A stretch of 64,000 bases of DNA from Octopus vulgaris. Taxonomy: Eukaryota. The translations under genes were made by a program, and so were the position numbers. This document shows positions 51,933 to 64,000 of this stretch, piece by piece. The DNA is taken from contig OX597822.1 of the NCBI GenBank assembly GCA_951406725.2, positions 58,218,001 through 58,282,000 on the forward strand. The letters are read 5' to 3'. Every line of letters begins with the position of its first letter. The stretch's first letter is position 1. Below the pieces are notes generated by a model. It had not been told where the DNA came from. It saw nothing but the letters and a program-made list of their open reading frames with translations, and searched no databases.

Positions 51933-52321
51933 CACTAAAGTCCTTTTTCCCATTTATCCTTTCTTAATGTCTCTCATCTTGACTCTCTCATATATATATA
52001 TATTTATATATATATATAAAGTTAATCCAAACATGAAAACACAAAGAGAAAATATATATATGAAAGTGCGTGGGCTCCTGGTCATATGAAACTTCCAAAT
52101 GGCCAGAGCTGCAATGAGAGGCAGAAATAAGGCATTGCTGTTTTAGCTCTTCCAGGTCTGTCATGATCAAGGAACTTATCAAAAGTATTTCAGCCATGAC
52201 AATCACATTTATGTTTCAGGGATCCTGTAGGGGTAGATATAAAGTGGTGGGGTGGCAGCAAGAAGGATGGGAGAGAGAGAGAGAGAGAGAGAATGGCAAA
52301 TAATGATAGAAGCAAGGTGTG

Positions 52322-52360
<39 letters not shown>

Positions 52361-52672
52361 AAGAGAGAAGGAGAGAGGAAGGATAAGATAAAGGGAGGAG
52401 AGTGGGGAAGGGAGAAGCTGGCATGGAATGAGTCAGAGAACAGGAACTAACATGCAAATGATTATTATAAGCAAGTAAATAAAGATGAAAACAAACATGT
52501 TGCCTCCCCCCCATCACCACCATCATCACCACCAGTTACCCAGCTAACATTTAACCCAGAAAAAATAACAAACTAAAATAAAAAAAAAAAAATTTTAAAA
52601 GGCATGAGGGAGGAGGAGGAGATATTTTTCTGAATGAACACTCCTTTTATTTCTCAATGGCATAACCAGATG

Positions 52673-52720
<48 letters not shown>

Positions 52721-54168
52721 AAGAGAGAGAGAAGGGAAAGAAAAAGAAGGGAAAAAGGGGAGGGGGGAAACACCACTAATTTCAGACACATGTTGAGTAG
52801 CAATTAATAACTGTACTTTAACAAATATAAACCACTACCACCAACACTGATACCACAACCATTACTATTGCTAATCACACTGAAAACTCTTCTGATGAAA
52901 GAATGAAAGAACAACAATAACAAATTATAATGAAGTTAATTATACAAAATAATTTTTGCAAGAATTATAAAAGAAGAGCTAAATTACCCCATATCACACC
53001 CACTCAGTCACCTGCCCCATCTGCCATTCTACTATTGCCTTCTGTGTGTTTGTAAGGACACACAGACACGTAAAATAAACAAATAAATAAATAAATAAAT
53101 AAATAAATAAATAGACCTTTGCCTTCAATTCCAAATGATCAAGGAAAAAAAGTACAAAGCAATAATTTCACAAATTATGATTATTATTATTATTATCATT
53201 GTTGTTGTTGTAATTGTTAATAATAATATCGAGTAGAAAGGTAATTATGGCTAAAACATTTGTAAAATTACTTAGCAATAATAATAACATATATACATCA
53301 CTGTCTATGAGTGTGTGTGTTTATTCAAGTGCCCCAACCCCATCTCCATTCCGCCTTCGTTTATGTTACTATGCTGAAAATGTACATAGGGCCATGCCTT
53401 GCCCCATGAAACTACAGAACACAGGACTGTGAAGAACCTTCTCTGGGTCAAAAATATGAAAGGTGCTGTTGTTTGTTCTATGTCAAGTATATTCTCTTGA
53501 AGCTGTCACAACTATTTGTTATGTTCTCATCCCTCAAGTCAAATCTAAACTCCATTCAACATCTCTTTGCACTCCTCACCCCTCACACACACACACACAG
53601 TACTACAATGCCTTGATGTTGAAAGGACTATGACACCTCATCATCTGTGAGAGAGCATCTGTATGGTCAATCAGCCTGCTAGAAATAGTAGTCAAATTTC
53701 CTTCAAACCAAACCCACATTGAATAATACAGACCAATGCGCACTTTTTCCTTGGAAGAAAAATTAAACAGGAAGGGCATGGCTGGAATAGCTTTAGTCTA
53801 CTCAACAGTTTAGATTCATATTTATTCACATTGTTTCATAGCTTTAAGATTCAATAATGTGACCTTTAATTTTTAGAATGACATTGTAGGATAGGTGTGA
53901 GAGGCTGGATCTGGCCAGTTTGAACATAAAACAGGTAGAATATTTGGGCTAGATACAGCCCAGTTTAAATGCTAAAGGGTTAAATAGGGTTGGCTTGGAG
54001 GCCAAAAACAATAACAACCATTTTCTTCACTTTTGTTACGTAACTTCTAAGTTTTATCAACAATGGGTAGGTGCAGGTTGGAAGAATGGATAAGGTATGG
54101 AAATGTTAACCGCTGGAATCATTTCATCTGAAGCAAAACACTCCATTTTATAAAATAATTATTAGTAT

Positions 54169-54560
54169 AGGCACAGGCATGGCTGTGCGGTAAGAAGTTT
54201 GCTTCCCAACCACATTGTTCCGGGTTCAGTCCCACTGCATAGTACCTTGAGCAAGTGTCTCCTACTATAGCCCTGGGCTGACCAAAGCCTTGTGAGTGGA
54301 TTTTGTAAATTGAAATTGAAAGAAGATCTTTGTGTATATTTGTGTGTGTGTGTGTGCGTGTGTGTCTTTGTGCCTGTATTTGTCCCCCCATTACTGCTTG
54401 ACAACCAGTGTTGGTGTGTTTATGTCCCTGTAACATAGTGGTTCAGCATAAGAGACTAATAGAATAAGTACTAGGCTTCAAAAATAAGTCTTGGAATCGA
54501 TTTGTTTGACTAAAATCCTTCAAGGCAGTGCTTCAGCATGGCTGAAACAAGTAAAAGAAT
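54169..54560 (+). mobile_element. SINE family A
   Basis: Collinear with the young copies. Confidence 0.82.
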
Positions 54561-55465
54561 AACAGAAACAGTATTAGTACCAAAAAGTAATATTTATCCC
54601 CACTTAAAAGTGGACGCTATGTTATAGCACAAAATACTACAATAGTTACCATAAGAGAAACTCTCATATCAGCTTAAGAGTGCTTATATGCACCAAAACC
54701 CAATATGAGAGTTACTCTCACAGTAACTACCACAGTATTATGTATTCTAACACAACATATTGCTTCATTTTATATTTTCTCAGTTCACCTAGATGTCAAG
54801 AATATTACTTACTTTTCATCCATTCAGTGTGAACAAAAATTGTACCAATGTGGTGGATTGGAGCAATTCTTAGCTGATGAGCTGCCTTGTTGCATGTATT
54901 TCTTCAAATATTATCAATGGAACTTTTGTCAGAAGTTGCAACTGACAGAAAGAGTATCAGCAATTTGGAAAACTAATGGAAACATAGTTCTTTTGACTCA
55001 GTTGGAAGAACAAATAATGACTTTGAGGGCGCCACCATCATTTCTGTTATGAAAGTGGAGAAACCCTTCCTCTAATGACATCTTACTTACTATTTGTTGA
55101 AACGGCTTCTTGTTTCTTACCCCATAACACTAGGGAATCTGTTTCTCTTCCAATTACAGACACATAATATGTAATAAACAGGCTAACATACAGATAAATT
55201 CCAACTTTCACTATTTCTTCCCATATCATTGTTACATGTATTGTATACGCCTATATTTTCCTCCACCTTACTGGTTTATTGCCCAACACGAACCTGCACT
55301 CCATCAACAAATCTGGACGCTAGTTTGCAGTACCTTGTCTTTTAAAGATGCCTCATTATATGAGTCCCTTACCTAACTCTTTACTTCTATGCTACACAAC
55401 ACATACCAGTGTTATGTGAATGTTGGCATGTGCTAAAGCATCCTTCAGCTTACATTTACACATAC

Positions 55466-55674
55466 TCTTTTACTTGTTTCAGTCATTTGACCGTGGCCAT
55501 GCTGGAGCACCGCCTTTAGTCGAGCACATCGACCCCAGGACTTATTCTTTGTAAGCCTAGTACTTATTCTATTGGTCTCTTTTGCCGAACTGCTAATTAA
55601 CGGGTACGTAAACACACCAACCATCGGTTGTCAAGCGATGTTGGGGACACACACACAAACACATATGCATACAC

Positions 55675-55706
<32 letters not shown>

Positions 55707-55868
55707 TTATTTACATATATAAAATGGGCTTCTTTCAGTTTTCGTCTACCAAATCCACTCACAAGGCTTTGGTTGGCCCAAGGCTATAGTAGAAGGCACT
55801 TGCCCAAGGTGCCACGCAGTGGGAATGAACCCGGAACCATGAGGTTGGTAAGCAAGCTACTTACCACA
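55466..55868 (-). mobile_element. Young SINE family A
   Basis: Reverse complement of the 12088-type element. Confidence 0.86.
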
Positions 55869-57860
55869 TGTGTAAAATCAGTTCACCCTTTCAATTTGTA
55901 AAGTGGATGTTGCACAGGTATCAATGATAATCACTATAACTACCTGTTCTATTTTTTACCCTTTTGACACCAACTCACTTGAGATTGTTCTTGATCCTTC
56001 CATACAAACATCCTGTTTAAAGTGATCTAAATTAAAACTTTTCATCAAAATCATGCTATGTTCCAAACATTAGCTAATGACAGTTATTTCATTAAAATTC
56101 TTCATTATTTGCAAAACCAATATCAACAAAGGCAGTGTATTTTAACAGAAATAAGCTAACAAAAGAGTGAATATCATCCTCAGACTGAATTGATGTGTCA
56201 CATTGTGTGATAAAGCTGGCCCTGTGAATTACAGATACTCCCAATTCAATAGGCTTCCATATAGCTTTCATGCATCCAATTTCACTCATGAGATTCAGGT
56301 TGGTCTGAGGTTGTGGCAGAAGGTACTTCCTCAAGATACCATGCAGCACAATGAAATCTGAAATCTCATGATTCTAAAGCAACTGTGTTAACCATTCGTC
56401 CACAACTGAACTCAAAATGTATATGCATAGATAACACAGACATATAAATATATATATACAGAAGAACAAATGTGTGATCGACATATTGGAAGGTGACATG
56501 CTTTAGTTCTTGGAACTTGTAATATATTAGAAATGTAGTGTGAGATACAGGAGCAGATATTCAAAACATGATAAAACGCACACAGAAGTTCATAGAAAGA
56601 ATAAGTATATTAAATTAACTGATTTATATGTGGCGTGAAAATATTTTGAACACTTTCCCTTCTTTGGAGAGTGAGAGAACAGATATTGAAACCTATCAGT
56701 TGTCACTATGAAGAGGATGTTAAAATAGCAAGATTTATAATAATTGAACAAATTTGACTCTAAAGGCCGGTAAATCAGATCTCAACTGGTTAGAAATGAC
56801 TTCATTTCTTTTTCTTTTTCCCCCCATTTTTGTATGTGATTTGATTTTAAAAATTGATTGGATGTGCATGTGAAAAGTGGAATATTAACAGACTTATAGA
56901 TACACTTGACTTGTAATGACAAGTTAGGAAGACAACATTTTCATATGCTACAGTTGCAGATATTTTGGGTGTTTGACAGTCACCTTATAAGATTTCTCGA
57001 GAAGATATCTAGAAAAAAAGAAGGCTGAAAGTAGTAGGTGAAAATGTTTATGTGTATATAAGTAATATATTGACAGGGTGGGGAGGTATAGATGTTGATG
57101 TCGCAAAAGCAAAGCTGACACACAGGGTGTGCATGTGTGTGTGTAAGAGGGTTGGAATTAGCAAAAACATATTCAGCAATCTTCCATCTATTTTGATATT
57201 TGATTTTCCACAAGATGAATTTTGTTGTCAGAATTTTCATATCTAATTTGGTGTTGTATGTGGTGTGAAACAGTGCCCCACCCCTGCAGGTGCATAGAAA
57301 AGCATCCACTGGTATTTCCTGTTCTTTAAGAATCTTTTGCTGTTGGTGCAGAAGTGATGTACCAGACTTGGGTCCACAGACACAGTTTCTAGTTACTAAA
57401 GAACCTCTTCATCCAATAAAGTATTCAGTTCCTTTTTTTCTAATGCAGACTTCCTCTTTGATATGCAAAACCAATGCCACAGTGACATTCAATGTCAGAC
57501 TGTCAGACTGGCCAAGGAGCTAGAAAATGTAGTCTCCTCTTATTTCTTAAATATTTTTGTTACCACATTTCCTTTAAAATATGCTGCCTTTGTTTCAATT
57601 AATTTTGAAAATAAATGAAGAATTTACTAAGATAAATGTCATTATTCATCTGGTGTTTGGAACATAAATTAACATGAAATTTTAGTGGAAAGTTTTAATT
57701 TATATTACTTTAAAACAGGAAGTTTGCATCATAGGACCACAGGTGGTCTTTGAGAGGTTGGTATCAAAAGGATTAAAGCTACTTCTGTATCCCAAATTTC
57801 ATCTCCCTGAAAGTAGCTATTTCAACAGAAGGGAATAAAAAATTACTGTCTTCTTTTTAA

Positions 57861-58081
57861 ACCTTTCGTTACCAACCCGGCTGAAACCGGCTCTGGCTCT
57901 TTAGTACAGATGTCTTGTTTTCATAAGTTTTGAATTAAAATCTTCCACCAAACCTTGGTCACAATTTATGTTCCTAACACTAGCTAAATGATAACTAAGT
58001 TATTTTACCAAATTCTTTGTTATATTAAAAGTAATTGAAAGAAACACAGAGCATCTCAAAATAAATACAGTAATGAAAGGG
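57861..58081. mobile_element. Second piggyBac-type MITE family
   Basis: TTAA|ACCTTTCGTTAC...GTAATGAAAGGG|TTAA; older relatives at ~57546-57776, 55955-56165 and 31520-31890. Confidence 0.75.
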
Positions 58082-59744
58082 TTAATGTTATTTGGTAGAT
58101 TTTGAAAATAAGGGAAAGCAAATACCAAGACCTTTACAACCATTAATGTCCCTGACCTTCAGGATGTATCAGTATGGTCAATGCTTACCTTGAATTTCTA
58201 TAAGTTGATGTTTAAATGGGTAGAAAGAGGCTACTAGAGAAATACATTAGAGGAGAAAGGGCCGCATTCATGACTACTTTCTCAGGGTTTCCAAGGTTGG
58301 TGGGAGGAGGTCTGGGATGAATGCTTGAGTGGATTCTGCTAAAGGAAAACATGGGCCATGTGAAAATATTAAACTGGGTAATGAATTAAGCCTCCTTCCC
58401 AAAGAAATGTCAAGTGCAGAGTTTGGCTGGAGGTAGAAAATAGAAATGGCAGAAGAAGGATGGAATGCATCAGATGTATTCAATTTGCTTCTTAAGATTA
58501 TGGGCTGTTGTAGTAGTGAAAGAAAATGAAAAGAGCAACAAAAGTATGTCTGTGATTGTAATGTGTTGATGACTGAATCTTTGTATATTGTCCACACAGC
58601 CTATTATTTTGGGTATAGTTTGTGGAAATTTTAAAAATGTTTGTGTGTTACATCTGTATCAGCTCAACTATGTGAGCAATATTTGCAATATAAAAGAGAG
58701 TTTGTTCATGTGAATAAGAGAGAGAGAGCACTTGTATGTGTGAGAGAGAGAGAGTTTGTATGTGCGATTTGTTTATATGAATAAGAGAGAGAGAGAGAGA
58801 GAGAAGCTAAGACAGAGGTTGTGTAGGTGCAAAAGTGTTTATATATGCAAGTGTGTGTTTATCTGTGTAAATGAAAGTTTGAAAATGTTTGTAATTGAGA
58901 GAGAGTGAGTATATATTAATGTGTAAGAAAGAGTTTGCTTGTGTGAGCAAGAGAGAGAGAGAGCATGTATGTGCATGTAAGAGAGGGTTAGTGTGTGCAA
59001 CAGAGTTTATGTAAGCATGAGAGCATTTGTATGTGTAAGAGAGTGTTTGTGTGAATACATGTATATGTTTTTGATGAAACTATTTTCTTCTTAATGAAAT
59101 ACTCAGCTGTTAAAAAGTTAAATAAACATTACAAAGTTTAACAAAAAACTTGTGTTTTATATCACTGCTGATGTCAGCTGTGATCATAGAAACATAGTCA
59201 CTGCCTAGATACACAGATAGATGAACATCAGAATGATGTACGATTGATACATAATGAAGAATTGACATAACTGTATTACAACTTCAAACACCCATCACCA
59301 TCATTATCATTATTATTATAATTATTATTACTATTTTTATGGGGGTGGTATTGAAAATATGTGTAGATATCCCAATTTTGGAGGGAAGTCGTGACAAATC
59401 CTTAATCTTAGCGACAATCTCAAGGCGGGTAAATAATATGGGATGGAAGAGAGATAGCATTGATGGTATCTGGAAATATTTCTATGATTGAGTCATTGAG
59501 AAAATATTCTGACAACAAGTAGACTAGAGTTTCTGATGTGGTGTGCACTATGTTTTCACCAATGTCAATATAATAACAGTAATGGAATGACAGAGATATT
59601 ACACAAAGGTATGAATGAGCTAACAAAGGAGTAAGGTTTGAACCTATGACCATATGATCAATAGTTCAGTGCCTTAACTTTATAGTTAGTATTTCTTGAT
59701 AACTTAATAATTTGATTCTTGATAATTTAATTTTTAATAACAAT

Positions 59745-60112
59745 GATCTTTGAATGTTGAGCCTCACAAAGGTGATGACAAGTGACCAAGACCTTGGTGA
59801 TATGTTGTGCTTGAGAAGACTCATCAAACCAAGTGAAACTATAGTTGTGACCATTGCCAGTGTCATGTAAATGGCATCCATGAATCGCAGTCATGGCTGT
59901 TACCGGCGTCATGTAAATGGCACCTGTGCCGGTGGCAATGAAAAAGCACCCATTACACTCTCAGAGTGATTGGTATTAGGAAGGGTATCCAGCCATAGAA
60001 ACCATGCCAAATCAGATTGAAACCTGGTGCAGCTCTCCAGCTTACCAGTTCCAGCCAAACCATCTAACCCAGGCCAGCATGGAAAGTGAACATTAAATGA
60101 TGATGATGCTGA
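59745..60112 (+). mobile_element. RTE LINE 3' end: last codons plus 3' UTR and (GAT)n
   Basis: DL*MLSLTKVMTSDQDL...VLEKTHQTK* runs directly into the GGAAGGGTATCCAGC...AACATTAAATGATGATG tail. Confidence 0.78.
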
Positions 60113-61090
60113 TAAACCCGTAAAGTGGACAATGGATAATAAAACCTAAAGGTAAAAAAAATAAATGTACAAGGCTTGAAATATAAATTGTAAATATTTG
60201 TAAGGTTTTGAGATAAAAGTTATGTGAGTCTAATGTCTCTTTTGTGGTCCTGTAGCATTAAGTCAGTGATGTAAATTCTGGTTTAAAAGAAACCTTATAA
60301 ACAAGGGACATTACTGGCAATAATGGGAGTATGAGATATTACTGGGTACAACAAAGAGGATTGTAGGATAGGAGGAAAACAACAAAGGGCTGCTCTAACA
60401 ATACAAAGTGAACAACAATCATTTCCTCTTAGAAGTCAAGATAATGCCCCCCACCCCACCCTGAAATTTCTTTTTTTTTTTTCTCTCTCTCTCTCTCTTT
60501 TCTCTTGGCATTGAAGAGGTCAGAAATACCAGAAGTGCACTCAAACAATGCATTAATAATAACCTCATTACAGACATTTCTATAGGGCAGTGTGATCTAA
60601 CACAGGAAGGCATTTTGAGAGAGAAGGGTGTGTAAATGCTAGCAACAAAGAACAGTAGTGGAATGTGTAAGCAGTATATGTCAGATCAGTGCGACCAACA
60701 AGCTTCTAAGCCATTATTAGTATTCGGTAGTTGTTGGCTATGAGAGTTTGTCAAGTCATTTATTTACTGTTTAGCCCTCTGGAGATATAATAACTAAGGA
60801 AGAAAATTGTCATCAAATGTCATTGTTATGCTTAAACATTTTGTACAGTATTATCCCACAATGGTAAATGGTTTAACAACTTAATGTTTCTCTCGTGATC
60901 AAATTATCTATGCTCCGGCTATTCACTGTCACTCACAGTTTAGTATGGATACACACCAAGAAGAGATAAACTTCAGAATTCAACATTACAATTGTAGTAT
61001 ACAACTTCCTTTTAAGTCCTTGTTTCTATCAAGAAAATCACAGCCAGTAAGTTTCAAAATAATCAAGAATTTGAAAGGGATTATGGATTT

Positions 61091-61490
61091 ACTCTTTACT
61101 TGTTTCAATCATTTGACTGCGGCCATGCTGGAGCACCGCCTTTAATCGAGCAACTCGACCCGGGACTTATTCTTTTGTAAGCCCAGTACTTATTCTATCG
61201 GTCTCTTTTCCCGAACTGCTAAGTAACGGGGACATAAACACACCAGCATCGGTTGTCAAGCAATGCTAGGGGGACAAACACAGACAGACAAACACACACA
61301 CGTATATATATATATATATACATATATACGACGGGCTTCTTTCAGTTTCCGTCTACCAAATCCACTCACAAGGCTTTGGTCGGCCCGAGGCTATAGTAGA
61401 AGACACTTGCCCAAGGTGCCATGCAGTGGGACTGAACCCGGAACCATGTGGTTGGTAAACAAGCTACTTACCACACAGCCACTCCTGTGC
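61091..61490 (-). mobile_element. Full-length young SINE family A
   Basis: Reverse complement of the 12088-type element with CpGs retained. Confidence 0.88.
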
Positions 61491-62439
61491 CTAGTTCATT
61501 TATCTTATTTTTTTACTTGTTTCGCTCACTGAACTGCAGCCATGTTGGCACACGAACATGAAGGGTTTTAGTCAAACAAATTTGGTACTTACTCTGCTAG
61601 TCTTTTATGCAGAACTATTAAGTTATGAGGATAACAAACCAACAACAGTTGTCAGGCGGTGGGGGGACACACACACACACACACATACATACAGTAGGCT
61701 TCCACACAATTTCCATCAACCAAATTCCTCAACACTTTCCCAAGGTACAGCACAGTAGAAATGAACTCAAAACCATATGGTTGCAGACTGAGCCTCTTAA
61801 ACTACACAAACAATTTTAAGTATTACTAGATTGTTCTTTAGTCACTAGTTAACGTTGATCCAGTAGACCTATGATGAAAGGTAATCCAGTCATACCATTC
61901 CACTTTTTACCTTCTTTTTTTTTTTTTAAACTATTTTCTTGTCCTGACATTTTACCTAAGAACACATTATCAAAAGTTGGGAGATTTACGTGTTAATTCT
62001 AGATGATCAAGTATCTACATAAAAATTATGTTGTTGGCTCATTAATAATAAATGGTTATAAAGATGTTCTCTTCTAAAACTATATTGAAACTGTTCCAGC
62101 TGAAATCTCGTGTTATCATTCAGGTAACAAAATTTTAATACAAGAATGGTTTGGAGTTATTCTTTGATGAATTAGTATTGAAAGAAATTTTAGCAGCTGC
62201 ACATACAATGAACATATAAGTAAAAACTGATAGAACAGTATAATATGAGTAATGAAGGAGAAAGATAGAAAAATGGTAAAGAAAGAAATTCATAAAATAT
62301 TCCCTCATTATGAATACAGTAAGCTCTCGTATATGGAATATAACAACATATATCCTTACATGTGTACAAATATGACAAACTGCACCAAAAGCCAAACCAT
62401 TAACTCCAGCCAAATATCTTGAATGCTTGATTTCGTTCA

Positions 62440-62945
62440 TATATAAACTTAGATATGTTTCAACCAAAGATTGGTCCAGGCCATGTCTAACAAAATAGCA
62501 CTACCCAATAGGATTATCTAAATCTTTTAAAGTCAAGTTTTGTGGTATCATGGTCCATTTTTGTTGGGTGAGTTGTATCCAGGTAAAGGTGGCTTTGGTA
62601 GTCCTTGAAGAGATTTCTCCACATTCCGTTTACAGGTGATGGGATCCTTTTCCTCTTTGATCTCTTTTCGGACAATATTAAATAGGGTAGGACCTGTCGA
62701 GGAAAAAAATTGTGTTGCGATGTATTTATGTGCTGTGATCCTGAATTGGGAAGGGGACGTATGGCCCTGTGGTCCTAGCCTTGGATGAATTTTGAAGCTA
62801 ATGTTGAGGTTGTTTGGGCAATGCTGGCGGTATATTCTCCACATCATGCAAATGATGTATTGCTCATGGCAACACTGGAGAGAGAAGAGTTTCAGTGCTT
62901 TAAGGCAATCCCAGTAATTGAGATCAGTCATGCCCTTAATTCGTA
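62440..62945 (-). mobile_element. Second CR1-group LINE family, 5'-truncated 3' end
   Basis: DLNYWDCLKALKLFSLQCCHEQYIICMMWRI...HPRLG...FFSSTGPTLFNIV..EIK...P.PGY is homologous to the C-terminus of the 10160-10966 ORF. Confidence 0.82.
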
Positions 62946-62957
62946 TTAAAGCCTTTT

Positions 62958-63275
62958 GATTTGGACCAGTCTGATCTGCTCAGGACTGGCTTGAAACAGT
63001 CTGATCTGGTTTTGACCAATCCAAACCAGTTTGAAGAAGATGATGATGTTTGATGAAATGTTTGACCGATATGACCAGTCTGATCCAGTTTGATCTAGTT
63101 TGGATTGGTCTGATTTGGTTTGGACCTGTTTGGACCAGTTAGGACAGGTTGTTTGATGAAAATATTTAATGAATGCAGCTGGTCTGATCCAGTTTGGACT
63201 TGTCTGATCTGGTTCTGACCAGTCTGTACTGATCTTATCCAGAATAGATGATGTTTGATGAAAATGTTTAACCAA
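62958..63275. repeat. Degenerate minisatellite: ~5/10/15-nt units (tctgatccagtttggac) punctuated by three gatgtttgatgaaa(a)tgttt blocks
   Basis: Blocks at ~63042, 63148 and 63248. Confidence 0.75.
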
Positions 63276-64000
63276 CTGAAATTTCCAAGATAATTAATAA
63301 GCAAAAACTCCTTTTTTAGACTGTAATATACTTAGACAGGTGTTTGAAATATAAAAAAAAATAAATAAGCCCAATAAGTTAAGTTTGGTGAAGTTTTTGG
63401 ACAATACAGATAATGTAGACAAGGTGGTGCTCTAGCATGACCATAGGTGCATGGCTGAACAAGTAAAAGAGCATAGAGTGGGTCCAGTTTTGAAAACAAA
63501 GAAAAGAAAGCAATAAACATGTTTGATTTTATTCGATCTCATTAGCAAAGAAAAATTTATTCAGATGGCAAAACTTTTCTTATTATTTTGAATATACTTG
63601 CCCACTCTAAATATAGATTCATTCTGACTGGGCACAGGGCCAATTTTAATAGAAAAAGGGCTATAGCCTGTATTATCAGTCTCAAAGAGAGTTCAACTAG
63701 AACACAAAGATAGCTAATCCTTTTTCAAAATGCAAGGACTCAGAAGGCCAGTTCTTATCTCTAAGTTTCTCAACATTAAGCAGATGTTAGAGAAATCTCT
63801 TGCTTTCTCCTAGGAAACTTTTATTATAAGTAACTTTTCCCATGCGAGGAATTAAGCTTGGCACTGCAAGATAGAAAAACACTTGCCAATTCTACAGAAT
63901 AACTACAGCAATGGATTACAGATTGCAACTGTATTACCTACTTACCACTAAGCAAGCCAATAAAAATGATTCAACGTCTGACTTGTCAGAAATAATAGTA

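Noticed and set aside
63946-64000. Minus-strand open frame ending GTG|gtaagt (phase 0), ...DVESFLLACLV
   Set aside because: Good donor and compatible phase, but no GGT motif; similarity to YIESLLW is too weak and the sequence is truncated by the window edge.

Overview
AT-rich, microsatellite- and retroposon-saturated animal genomic DNA. The SINE, RTE and CR1 repertoire and the (TA)n/(TACA)n/(AAT)n/(GAT)n content point to an octopus-type cephalopod (inference). The window is almost entirely intronic. I find three phase-compatible minus-strand coding exons of a tRNA dimethylallyltransferase gene (TRIT1/MOD5/MiaA family): 28097-28007, 22538-22046 and 3313-3171. Its upstream exons (P-loop, GGTNYY) and downstream exons were not found and probably lie outside the window. 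The gene carries a large acidic Ser/Thr-rich insertion with an NLS-like motif just before the conserved HPND..K..R helix. The rest consists of several tRNA-headed SINE families, 5'-truncated CR1-, RTE- and R4/Dong-clade LINE remnants, a complete non-autonomous Helitron, piggyBac- and hAT-type MITEs, long hairpins and tandem duplications. Notable repeat-level patterns: a shared CATGGCC+hairpin 3' module linking the main SINE to CR1-like LINEs, SINE tail swapping, and a 4.8-kb nest of insertions inside one old SINE. Most ORFs in the supplied track are microsatellite or repeat artefacts. SINE family letters (A-F) are my own labels.
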